NCBI GenBank assembly: GCA_037146775.1 | Contig: JBAWWL010000006.1 | Location: 15,120 to 79,119 of the forward strand | Origin: Candidatus Omnitrophota bacterium | GTDB lineage: Bacteria > Omnitrophota > Gorgyraeia > Duberdicusellales > 4484-171 | Direction of reading: 5' to 3' | Length of the DNA stretch: 64,000 bases | In this document: positions 19,178 through 28,082 of the stretch, piece after piece | How positions within the stretch are numbered: the first letter of the stretch is position 1 | How the letters are laid out: every line of letters starts with the position of its first letter | Made by a program: the position numbers and the translations under genes | Notes under the pieces: model-generated | Seen by the model: only the letters and a program-made list of their open reading frames with translations | Told to the model about the DNA's origin: nothing | Databases searched by the model: none

Positions 19178-19852
19178 CTATGGTTCCAAAGTTTCTCCAC
19201 GCAAAATAGCCGGTATATTTGCCGCTTCTATACGCATACCGCCGTCATGCTCGATAACAATAGTATATACGAAGCCGGGAATAAACCTTGTACCCGGAGC
19301 TTCTATCTGGGCATTTTTTATTCCGATACGTTTTGCTGCGTTTGATGGCATGGCATATTCCCAAAATTTCCCCCAAAGAGCAGCCTCAAATGCATTCTTT
19401 GCTTTGCCCACGCGGTAACCTGCCGGTACTTCATTAAGTTTACTTATTTCATAGCTTTCGGTATTTTTCCCGTCCAGCATAAAAACTTTCCAAAACAAAT
19501 ACACGCTCTTACCGCGCAAGCGGTCCGCACGTTCAATATATAAATCGTCAAAACGTATCACAAGCGATTGAAACTGAATAATATTTCCGGAAAAGGTAAA
19601 ATATTTCGGCTCTAGAGGGTTGCCTTGCACATCGTATTCCAAAAACTTGATAGTTGTAGAATCTCGGTTAGCCTGCGTATCGTGCCTCACGCTTGTTACC
19701 ATCACTTGGGCAATACGCGAATCTGTTTCCAGACGAGCGATAATTTGTTTAAGTATCTTATTTTCGTGCAAAAACTTAAGCGAAAATTGGTACACAATAA
19801 AAATAAGAATAATGACAACGATAATCCGCATAAGGTATAATATGGCACGCAT
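19178..19852 (-). CDS. Conserved hypothetical membrane-anchored protein
   Basis: 224-aa ORF, N-terminal TM plus coiled coil, co-oriented with neighbours. Confidence 0.7.
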   Translation of the reverse strand: MRAILYLMRIIVVIILIFIVYQFSLKFLHENKILKQIIARLETDSRIAQVMVTSVRHDTQANRDSTTIKFLEYDVQGNPLEPKYFTFSGNIIQFQSLVIRFDDLYIERADRLRGKSVYLFWKVFMLDGKNTESYEISKLNEVPAGYRVGKAKNAFEAALWGKFWEYAMPSNAAKRIGIKNAQIEAPGTRFIPGFVYTIVIEHDGGMRIEAANIPAILRGETLEP

Positions 19853-20041
19853 ATGGCTTAAGGCAGAAAGTGCTAAAGTTTACTCATTACACAAAAAAAC
19901 CGCATCTCAGGCAGCGAAGCATCACGCAGATAGGATAGATAACCCCTATTTTGCGGTCTCAATCTTCCGATGCGCATCAGGAGACTTCATTCGTTCTTAC
20001 TTAAGCTGCAACGTTTGAACTGGTTACGCGGCGACAAATTT

Positions 20042-20419
20042 TTACAATTCGCCAGGAATAACGTTTTGGTTCTGACGTATTAACACAAGGACGGAAGACT
20101 GAGACGCCACAATATAGCGTTTTTTATCAAAAGTGATCTCAATGCCCTGATCGCGTAAAAAAATGCAATAGTCGCCTTCCTTGGCCTGTAAAGGAAAATA
20201 TTTATCCGTAGAATTCTTAGCCCAAGGTTCACGATCTGAAAGTGAAGGATCAGGGATTGGATAACCGGGGCCTGCCTTGACAATGCGGCCGGTTTGTACG
20301 CGCTCCTTCTCCCTCACGTTCTGAGGAAGATAAAGACCTGCGTCGGTTTTCCCCTCGCCATCATCCGGTTCAATAAGAACCTTATCGCCAACTAAAATAA
20401 GCTCATTCATCATAATCAT
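20042..20419 (-). CDS. Co-chaperonin GroES family protein (stand-alone)
   Basis: VGDKVLIEP, KTDAGLYLP, GRIVKAGPG, EGD, IEITF; no adjacent groEL. Confidence 0.85.
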   Translation of the reverse strand: MIMMNELILVGDKVLIEPDDGEGKTDAGLYLPQNVREKERVQTGRIVKAGPGYPIPDPSLSDREPWAKNSTDKYFPLQAKEGDYCIFLRDQGIEITFDKKRYIVASQSSVLVLIRQNQNVIPGEL

Positions 20420-20486
20420 ACCCTCGAATTACAATTTCTGTAAAAAAATCTCTTAAAACCACCGGGATTTTAATCTGAACAATTTA

Positions 20487-21032
20487 TTACTCGGGTTGCG
20501 ACCGCACATTATCCTTAAGAATACGCCTGAGATCATATTCGAGATGCCGATTCTCGGTAGTAGTAAAAACAAGCAAATATAGCCCGACGCTTTTAACAAA
20601 CCCGTAAAAATTAGGTAGCGTTGTGGTCCCAAAAGCTTTAGCGGTATCACTAAAGCAAATATAAAATTCATCCCTGTCACCGCGAAAACTACGATCAGAA
20701 AAAAACCCTCTTTTAACTTCGGAGGTACGTGAGCTTTCAAGCCTAATACTCTTTATTTTTTGATAGTCGACAGGCATCTGAGGCGTATCGCTATAGTTTT
20801 GTGGACCAAAATCTTCTAATTCCTTATATTTACTTTTTAGCCTCCATAGTTCGGTATAAATATTTTTCATAATAGCATTTGCCTTCTCTACCACCTCCCG
20901 GGAAGCCGCTTCCTGAGACGTTGTTGCCGGAGAATCGGTATTTTCTTCCTGTGCATGCAAATTATGTACGGTCAAAAAAGAAAGGATACAGAATACTATC
21001 GCGCCATTAGATATCTTTTTCATACACACCAC
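20487..21032 (-). CDS. Hypothetical exported protein
   Basis: Signal-peptide-like N-terminus ending LHA-QEE. Confidence 0.65.
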   Translation of the reverse strand: MVCMKKISNGAIVFCILSFLTVHNLHAQEENTDSPATTSQEAASREVVEKANAIMKNIYTELWRLKSKYKELEDFGPQNYSDTPQMPVDYQKIKSIRLESSRTSEVKRGFFSDRSFRGDRDEFYICFSDTAKAFGTTTLPNFYGFVKSVGLYLLVFTTTENRHLEYDLRRILKDNVRSQPE

Positions 21033-21074
21033 TGCGTCTTTTAAGCCGCCAGCGACACATAACGCATTTTTATA

Positions 21075-22490
21075 TTAAATCAAACCTTCTTCTATCATTG
21101 CAACAAACGTATCAACAACTGCGGGATTAAATTGTGAATGCTTGTTATTTTTAAGCTGCGCGAGCGCCTCTGTCTTGCTTAACGCCGAACGATAGGCACG
21201 ATCGGAAACCATCGCATCATAAGCGTCCGCCACCGATAAAATCGCAGCAAAAATATTAATACTATCTCCTCTTAACCGATCGGGATAGCCTGCTCCGTCA
21301 TAACGCTCATGATGCCCCCTCACTATCGTCAACATTTCTTCGGTAATAAGCACCGGCCTCAACATCTCCTCGCCGATAAGGGGATGTTGCTTAATAATCT
21401 CCCATTCTTTCTCGGTTAAACTTTCTTTTTTATTCAATACACTTTCCTGGATTCCCAACTTACCGATATCGTGGAGAAGAGCAATCTCTCTCAAAAGCTT
21501 GGCCTTTTCGGGAGGAAATCCCATACGCAATGCTATTTTTTCTGCATATACCGCAACCGATTCGGAATGGCCCTTGATATAAGGATCTCGCGCTTCTAAG
21601 ATCCGTACCAGAGACTGCACCACATCGTAAAAGTAGCTCATCAGCTTTTTCTGAGAATCATTGAGAGCTTTTGCCATCCGGTTAAACGACGCCGCCAAAA
21701 GCGCTATTTCGTCGTCGCTCTTTATGTGCACCTGATAATTCAATTCTCCTTTCGCTATACGACGGGTTCCCTCGACCAACTCCTTGATAGGCCGAACAAT
21801 CCGTTTTGACGCAAACATACCCAACAGAAGCGATACCAATATCCCCAATAACAAAACGAGCAACGCGCGAATATGTACTGTTCTCTGAAGCGTGTAAATA
21901 TCACGGGCTTCGATATCGACCCCCACCATCGCAACCGCACGGTTAGCTTTATCGAAGATAGGTGCATAACCCGACAGGGTTACGCCCCACTCATCGATTT
22001 CAAGCTTAATATCTGCCGACGGGCCTTCGAAAGCCTTGGACATCTGAGGAAAACGCGCTACCGCATATCGATCACCGGGATAAGAATGTGTTTGCGCGCC
22101 TTTCTTTTTCCCCATAACCGGGTCGGGATCGGCAATAAACTGCCACACGCCTTCCTGATCTGTCTTGGCCATCGTATAGATATATTTGATAAGCGGATTC
22201 GCCCGCTTAATATCTTTTAATTTTGCAACAACGGTTTTATATGCCGAAGAATCCACCCCTTCTTCGGAGAGCGGTATCGCCATAAGCGTTTGCGCATCTA
22301 TGGCAAACGAAGCCATTTGCGCAATAATCATTAGTTTTTCCCTTAGCTGCTGGAACTGGGAATTAAGGGCAAACCGATAGATCAATAAATTACTTATTGT
22401 CCCCATAAAAAGCATCGAGGCGACTAAAAGTAATGTGACCTTTGCCTGAAAACTGCTCAGAATTCTACGCCATCTACTCATATACACCAT
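21075..22490 (-). CDS. Membrane sensor - HAMP - HD-GYP c-di-GMP phosphodiesterase
   Basis: Two TMs around a periplasmic domain, HAMP (DEIALLAASFNRM), HDIGK, HHERYDGAGYP. Confidence 0.92.
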   Translation of the reverse strand: MVYMSRWRRILSSFQAKVTLLLVASMLFMGTISNLLIYRFALNSQFQQLREKLMIIAQMASFAIDAQTLMAIPLSEEGVDSSAYKTVVAKLKDIKRANPLIKYIYTMAKTDQEGVWQFIADPDPVMGKKKGAQTHSYPGDRYAVARFPQMSKAFEGPSADIKLEIDEWGVTLSGYAPIFDKANRAVAMVGVDIEARDIYTLQRTVHIRALLVLLLGILVSLLLGMFASKRIVRPIKELVEGTRRIAKGELNYQVHIKSDDEIALLAASFNRMAKALNDSQKKLMSYFYDVVQSLVRILEARDPYIKGHSESVAVYAEKIALRMGFPPEKAKLLREIALLHDIGKLGIQESVLNKKESLTEKEWEIIKQHPLIGEEMLRPVLITEEMLTIVRGHHERYDGAGYPDRLRGDSINIFAAILSVADAYDAMVSDRAYRSALSKTEALAQLKNNKHSQFNPAVVDTFVAMIEEGLI

Positions 22491-22531
22491 GCCTCATCAT
22501 CATACCGTAAATATAATAGACGAATAGTATT

Positions 22532-22559
22532 ATTATAAAAGAATTATTGACTATTGCAA
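22532..22559 (-). promoter_or_regulatory. Putative sigma70 promoter of the HD-GYP gene
   Basis: TTGCAA-16 bp-TATAAT. Confidence 0.6.
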
Positions 22560-22601
22560 GAAGGGTAAAGAAACGGCAGGAAAAAGCTTAAACCTCTGGC
22601 A

Positions 22602-22931
22602 TTAATTAACTTTTGCCAAAAACTGTGAGATACTTTGCTGGCTTTCGTTACTCGCTTCAACAAATTCCAAGCCGGCATTATACTTTTCGGAAGCTCTCAG
22701 TTTGTTACACCAAGCGACTTTTGCCTTTAAATTAATTACCGTATCAACAAGGTTAACATACACTTTCATCAAATAATCTTTAGGAAGAAACGTGTCACTG
22801 ATAATTTTTATACCGCCGGAGCTGAGGTCTTTACTGACGGTGTAAAAATAGTTTCCTTGCGGAAGGCTCTTGCATTCCACCGGAAACGAAATGTTAACCC
22901 GTGGATATCTTCTTCTTTCCTCCACTATCAC
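22602..22931 (-). CDS. PilZ domain protein
   Basis: ERRRYPR (RxxxR) and DLSSGG (DxSxxG). Confidence 0.9.
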   Translation of the reverse strand: MIVEERRRYPRVNISFPVECKSLPQGNYFYTVSKDLSSGGIKIISDTFLPKDYLMKVYVNLVDTVINLKAKVAWCNKLRASEKYNAGLEFVEASNESQQSISQFLAKVN

Positions 22932-22936
22932 TCCCT

Positions 22937-23347
22937 TTACAATACCGAAACGTACTCGCGATATCGTAATCCTGGCCCCAATAATTTCTTTAATTCAAAG
23001 GGCAACGCTCTGTCAAACTTAACGCCCACGTGCCAGCCATCACGCACTTTCTTGCACCAACAGACACACCCATTTAGAACAAAGGACACTTTTTCCTTTG
23101 TGGAAAATTTAAGGGTAACATGGCTACGGGAAGGAAGATGGACAGGAGAAAAAATACTAGCACCTTGTACGCTAATATCCCTGCATTGCACCGGGTAGCT
23201 TTGAGTTTCGGAAAGAACTAAATTGCCCTGAAGTGAACATAAAAACCGCTCTGCGCGGCGCCAGCACTGGAATGTTTCGCTGATAGCCGATTGCGACGGC
23301 CCTACCACTTTCGTGTTTTGTGCGCTTTCTGTTTTTTTTAGGCTCAT
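22937..23347 (-). CDS. PilZ domain protein
   Basis: RRAERF and DISVQG, G.V.WC, GVKF. Confidence 0.8.
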   Translation of the reverse strand: MSLKKTESAQNTKVVGPSQSAISETFQCWRRAERFLCSLQGNLVLSETQSYPVQCRDISVQGASIFSPVHLPSRSHVTLKFSTKEKVSFVLNGCVCWCKKVRDGWHVGVKFDRALPFELKKLLGPGLRYREYVSVL

Positions 23348-23682
23348 AAAAAATAATACTGGATCCGTGGCTTTGAGCTAAGAATCCAGTTTTTCATAAG
23401 ACAAAGAAACTTATTCTTTTAGTATAAATCCAATCTCATTTATAAAATACCATATTTTTCAATGATTTTCAAGTCAGCAGACAGATAATTCTTGTTCAAT
23501 ACTGCGCACAAACTGACCTTTGAGATGAACCTTGTCACGATCCCCTCCCATGATTTACGTTTTCCTGAAAAACATCATATATCGCAAACAAAAAATATCC
23601 AATACAGACATGATATAAGTGGTGACGCTTAACGTAGAAAATCTTCTCTCTCAGACCCCGGTTATTACAGCGGAAAAAGCAT

Positions 23683-23715
23683 AAAAAAACGCTACGCGCT
23701 TGTCAGCGAGTAGCG
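23683..23715 (-). terminator. Rho-independent terminator after exbD
   Basis: Minus strand CGCTAC-TCGCT-GACA-AGCG-C-GTAGCG followed by T7. Confidence 0.75.
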
Positions 23716-23778
23716 GAAATTCGCTCCAATTTATTCCAAAATAGCTTATTTTGCGCTCTGATCTCGTTTACACCCCGC

Positions 23779-24207
23779 CTATCGCCTGTCCAAGGCAGTT
23801 ACGGCAATGTTGATATTCTTGATATGTAAGCCGCTCAAAACATCCAGCACTTTCGCTATATATTTAAACTGAGCACTCTTGTCGGCGTGAAGAACCACAC
23901 CCACCTCTGGATTTTTAGCACAAACCGCCTCAACATTATCGACCAACTCCTCGAGGGTTACTGCTTCTTTCTCCACATAAATTACGCCCTTGTTATTAAC
24001 CGAAATATTTAACTGCCGCTTAGCGGTAATATCCTCCCCTTTCTTTGCGTCCGGAAGATTAATGCCTAATTTTTTCATGCGGCCAGAGCTGAACGTATAG
24101 AGCAGGCTAAAGGAAATAAAAAAGAAAATGAACATATTTAAAACAATATCCGTCATTGCTACGGACTCAAGAGAAACTAAATAATCTCTTTTTCCGGAAA
24201 TTTTCAT
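23779..24207 (-). CDS. ExbD/TolR family protein
   Basis: AMTDIV TM aspartate, INLP.A, ADK...F..IAKVLD. Confidence 0.9.
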   Translation of the reverse strand: MKISGKRDYLVSLESVAMTDIVLNMFIFFFISFSLLYTFSSGRMKKLGINLPDAKKGEDITAKRQLNISVNNKGVIYVEKEAVTLEELVDNVEAVCAKNPEVGVVLHADKSAQFKYIAKVLDVLSGLHIKNINIAVTALDRR

Positions 24208-24828
24208 TTATTTTTTCCCCTCGTTTACCTCGGTAATTAATTCGAGCAGTTGGATCGAATGATTCGTAAGCTCGTTTGCAATCACTTTTATCCTGCTGAT
24301 AAAATAATTATAACAAAGAGAAAGCGGTATGGCGACTATCAAACCGGCAGCGGTAGTAATCATTGCTTCGTACATGCCGCCCGCCAAAGCGCTGACTGTA
24401 ACATTGGCTCCGGCGTGTTCCCAGGACATAAACGCTCTGATCAATCCGGTGATGGTTCCAAGAAATCCAAGCAACGGCTCAAGACCAATAATTGACACAA
24501 GTATTCCAAAACGTTTTTCAAGCCGCTGGACCTGATTATTTCCCGCTTGCTCCATTATTTTTTCAAGCCTCTCTCTGGGAAGGCTGCGGCGCTCTATTCC
24601 GATTTTAAAAACTGCCGCCAAGGGGTGATGCGTATGTTCACATAATTCCAAAGCTGCCTGTATATTGCGCGCCTTGATCTCTTTAAAAACTGTTTGTATA
24701 AATTTAAAAGTATCCAGCCGGACCCCTCTAAATACCAGCAGCCTTTCGATCACCACGGCCAATCCTATTATTGAACCAAGTATTATCGGAACCATTACCG
24801 GTCCGCCCTTGATGATAAAATTAAGCAT
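24208..24828 (-). CDS. MotA/TolQ/ExbB proton channel family protein
   Basis: GGPVM, PLLGFLGTITGLI.AF, LAGGMYEAMITTAAGL. Confidence 0.92.
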   Translation of the reverse strand: MLNFIIKGGPVMVPIILGSIIGLAVVIERLLVFRGVRLDTFKFIQTVFKEIKARNIQAALELCEHTHHPLAAVFKIGIERRSLPRERLEKIMEQAGNNQVQRLEKRFGILVSIIGLEPLLGFLGTITGLIRAFMSWEHAGANVTVSALAGGMYEAMITTAAGLIVAIPLSLCYNYFISRIKVIANELTNHSIQLLELITEVNEGKK

Positions 24829-25342
24829 AGATCTCCTTTTTGCGCTTATCGCAAATATTCAAAGCTTCTATTATGATATCAGAAACGCGTGTAACTCTTT
24901 TTTTCATTTCCGGCGAAATAGGTTTATTGAATACGATCGAACGAGGCTGTACCCCGATACACACCACCTCACAGGGAAACGATTGCTTTAAATATGCCGC
25001 CATCACCGACAACGGCAAACGGTGTGTGCAGAATGAAATCGCGTCTATCTCCTCCGGAGTGAATAATAGCGCCTGCGTGCGCGGCTTCTTTATCTGCGCA
25101 GCGTCGACCATCACAATGTGCGTTGGTCTAAATTTTTTTATCTCGCCGGTAAGATTCTCCGGGGCGGTCGAGCCAAGAAAAACTTTTATGCGTACCTGAC
25201 GCAAGGCAAGATGTTTTTGGATTTCCTGCGCAACCAACATACCGCATGCGTCATCTCCGCGAATTTCAGATCCGATACCTACGATCGCGACTCTTCTGGC
25301 CCCGCGCAGCCTATTTTGTAGTTGCATTTTGAGCGTTTGCAC
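24821..25342 (-). CDS. hycI: Hydrogenase maturation endopeptidase (HycI-like)
   Basis: VGIGSEIRGDDACG, STAPEN, VDAA, CTHRLPL; start uncertain (GTG 25342 or ATG 25327). Confidence 0.88.
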   Translation of the reverse strand: MQTLKMQLQNRLRGARRVAIVGIGSEIRGDDACGMLVAQEIQKHLALRQVRIKVFLGSTAPENLTGEIKKFRPTHIVMVDAAQIKKPRTQALLFTPEEIDAISFCTHRLPLSVMAAYLKQSFPCEVVCIGVQPRSIVFNKPISPEMKKRVTRVSDIIIEALNICDKRKKEIYA

Positions 25343-25685
25343 GGAATACCACCTTAAGTTTACCAGCGTCAAGCTGCGCAAGTTCTACATCCGGTGTAGC
25401 TTCTAAAGCTTTCTTGGGGCAAGAATCAACGCACTGAGCACAGTAAATACACCGCCCTAAATCAATAACCGCTTCAAACTGCTTATCTCCGACCTTGTTA
25501 ATCGTGATTGCGCCGGTAGGACAATCCTTAATACACAATTTGCAACCGATACACTTCTGGGGATCATAGCTAAGTTTACCTCTGAATTTTTTAGGCATAT
25601 CAAACTTTTCATAAGGATAAAGTATAGTGCTTGGTTTTTTGAAAATAGACTCAAGAAGCTGACGTATCATTTTTCCCGGTCTCAT
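25311..25685 (-). CDS. 2[4Fe-4S] ferredoxin subunit (NuoI/EchF-like)
   Basis: CIGCKLCIKDCP and CIYCAQCVDSCP. Confidence 0.92.
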   Translation of the reverse strand: MRPGKMIRQLLESIFKKPSTILYPYEKFDMPKKFRGKLSYDPQKCIGCKLCIKDCPTGAITINKVGDKQFEAVIDLGRCIYCAQCVDSCPKKALEATPDVELAQLDAGKLKVVFRANAQNATTK

Positions 25686-26644
25686 TGTAAAACCATCCCT
25701 TTAATGAAAAGATTGATCAATAACTGCACAAACGCCAGCGGTACCATATATTTCCAGCAAAAAATGATCATCTGGTCTATACGCAAACGTGCAAAAAGCG
25801 CCCGGGAAAGCGACAGTATGGCCACAATACAGAAAATCTTCCCCATAAATATACCGAAACGCAGAAAGGGGCCACACGTATAGCCAAAAGGCAGGAATAC
25901 CGCTGCCAAGAAAGCCGCTCCTACCACCATTTCAATGTTCAATGTCAAACGCAACATCGCAAAAAACCTTCCGCTATACTCGGTGAAGATTCCCGCCACC
26001 ACCTCGGTTTCTGCTTCCGGAATATCAAAAGGCGCTTTTTCTAATTTTGCTAAAAGTGCTAAAACCGCGACGCCAAAACCAATAACGTTATATAGCCAGT
26101 ACCAGGGATGCGTATCATAAAATACGGCAATACGCGAAAGCGACCAGCTGTCGGCCAATAACGCCGAAGATAATACCGCGATAAATAAAGGGACTTCGTA
26201 AGAAAAAAGTTGTGTGAGCGAACGTACCGAACCGATTCTGGCAAAAAGCGAAGTTGAATACCAGCCGCCGATAAAAAATGCGAGCGTAGGAATGGTCAAA
26301 AGATAAAGCACTACTATGACATCTCCATCAAAAGAGTATAACGCACGCATATTCCATAATGGAATATAAAAAATAGTCGTGACGGTGGCACTTAAGGCAA
26401 CCAGCGGCATTAACTTAAACATACTCTGATTAGCTGCCCGCGGTATGATAGCCTCTTTACCTAATAGTTTAATAAAATCAGCGACCGGCTGAAACCATGG
26501 CGGGCCAATTCTATTTTGCAGCCGTGCATATAATTTCCGGTCGATAAATTCCGCAAAAAAGCTAATGACAGTTAAAAAAAGAAATCCCGGGAATATTAAA
26601 ATACAAAAAAGATCTTTAAGGTATCTGAACATTTCAGCCATCAA
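25682..26644 (-). CDS. Membrane subunit NuoH/EchB/HycD-like
   Basis: DRKLYARLQNRIGPP, PFDIPEAETE, TEYSG, RLRIDQ. Confidence 0.92.
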   Translation of the reverse strand: MMAEMFRYLKDLFCILIFPGFLFLTVISFFAEFIDRKLYARLQNRIGPPWFQPVADFIKLLGKEAIIPRAANQSMFKLMPLVALSATVTTIFYIPLWNMRALYSFDGDVIVVLYLLTIPTLAFFIGGWYSTSLFARIGSVRSLTQLFSYEVPLFIAVLSSALLADSWSLSRIAVFYDTHPWYWLYNVIGFGVAVLALLAKLEKAPFDIPEAETEVVAGIFTEYSGRFFAMLRLTLNIEMVVGAAFLAAVFLPFGYTCGPFLRFGIFMGKIFCIVAILSLSRALFARLRIDQMIIFCWKYMVPLAFVQLLINLFIKGMVLQ

Positions 26645-27876
26645 AGCCTGACTTTGTCGGAAAAACTTTTATTAAGATCTGAAAAATCTACCCCTTGCTT
26701 CTTATACCACTCAATACTGTAGTTACGTAACTTCCCCCATTCGATAATTTCGTTATCCTTTTTGCCGCCATATTCAAGAGAAATTAGTCTGTCCGTACAG
26801 GAAAAACAGGGGTCAATCGCCGCGATCACGATCGGCATATCGGCGAGGTAGCGATCTTTAAGCATTTGTTTTACCGCTTTCATATTAGCTAAGGTCGGCG
26901 CCCGTACTTTTACCCGTTCGGGCTTGTCAGTTCCGTTAGATTTTACATAATGCATATCTTCTCCGCGTGGAGCTTCATAACGGCTAATCGCTTCTCCTGC
27001 CTTAACCGTACGCGGTGCCCTGACGACGATAGGGCTATCCGGCAAATTCGTTAATATTTGCCGTATTATTTTATACGCCTGCATCAATTCTTTAAGCCGC
27101 ACAAGGGTTCTGCCGTACACATCACCATGAGTATCAGTAATCACCTCAAAAGAAACTTGGTCATAAGCAGCATAAGGGTCATCCCGGCGCACGTCGCGAT
27201 CTACGGCCGAAGCTCGGCCAGTGGGGCCAACCGCACCCAGACGCACTGCTTCTTCGTGAGATAGAACACCGACGCCGGAAAGCCTCTTGATAAGCGTGGT
27301 TTCTTCGGTACCTATCTCAATATAATACTTTGTGCGTTCCTCAAGCGTATCTATCGCTTTAAGAACATCTGTAATTTGAGTTTTATCGATATCACGCCGC
27401 ACTCCGCCTATGGTATTAATACCATAGTTTACGCGATTCCCTGTAAGTAAGGCTAAAATATCCATCACCACTTCCCGGTCACGCCAGGTATACATCAATA
27501 ATGTGTCAAAACCTATTTCGTGGCCGGCCACTCCCAGCCAAAGATAGTGGCTATGGATACGCTCTAACTCAGCGACAAGAGTACGAATATACAACGCTCT
27601 CTGAGGAACGGTTAAACCGATTAACTCCTCAACCGCCTGCACAAAACATGTTGAATGAGCGTGCGAACAGATACCACAAATACGCTCAATAAGATAGAGG
27701 TCTTGGATATAAGTTCTCTCTTCGCAGGCTTTCTCTATTCCACGATGGTTATAACCAAGCCGTATATCCACACCTTTGATTTTCTCACCCTTGAGCGCAA
27801 TGCTAAAACTTGCCGGCTCCTTAAGCGCGGGGTGTTGTGGCCCTATGGGAATTTTAAATTTATGCGCATGCGTCAT
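26641..27876 (-). CDS. Group 4 [NiFe]-hydrogenase large subunit
   Basis: L1 ERICGICSHAH and L2 DPCFSCTDR (all four Ni-Fe Cys) plus a cleavable C-terminal extension. Confidence 0.93.
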   Translation of the reverse strand: MTHAHKFKIPIGPQHPALKEPASFSIALKGEKIKGVDIRLGYNHRGIEKACEERTYIQDLYLIERICGICSHAHSTCFVQAVEELIGLTVPQRALYIRTLVAELERIHSHYLWLGVAGHEIGFDTLLMYTWRDREVVMDILALLTGNRVNYGINTIGGVRRDIDKTQITDVLKAIDTLEERTKYYIEIGTEETTLIKRLSGVGVLSHEEAVRLGAVGPTGRASAVDRDVRRDDPYAAYDQVSFEVITDTHGDVYGRTLVRLKELMQAYKIIRQILTNLPDSPIVVRAPRTVKAGEAISRYEAPRGEDMHYVKSNGTDKPERVKVRAPTLANMKAVKQMLKDRYLADMPIVIAAIDPCFSCTDRLISLEYGGKKDNEIIEWGKLRNYSIEWYKKQGVDFSDLNKSFSDKVRL

Positions 27877-27897
27877 AATATTCTCCTCTTTACTGCT

Positions 27898-27988
27898 CAG
27901 GAATCAGAGGCCAGAAACCAGATGCCAGACACCAGAATTCAGGGAACAGAGGTCGGAAGTCAGAGAACAAAAATCAGAAGACAGAAAA
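27898..27988 (+). repeat. Degenerate 7-bp tandem array (CAGANNN x13), intergenic
   Basis: caggaat cagaggc cagaaac cagatgc cagacac cagaatt cagggaa cagaggt cggaagt cagagaa caaaaat cagaaga cagaaaa. Confidence 0.9.
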
Positions 27989-28082
27989 AAGGGAGAAAAA
28001 CCTTTCTCCTTCTTGTCTTTTACTGTCCGCCCCACATTCTCTTCTTGCTTTCTTTTATTCTTTTTCATCTGCTCTCTACCAT

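Noticed and set aside
19955-20015. glnA (glutamine) riboswitch suggested by CGTT...CGGAAG on the minus strand
   Set aside because: Lacks the GGAAGUA and GAAGxAACG elements in the right arrangement and is not upstream of a nitrogen gene.
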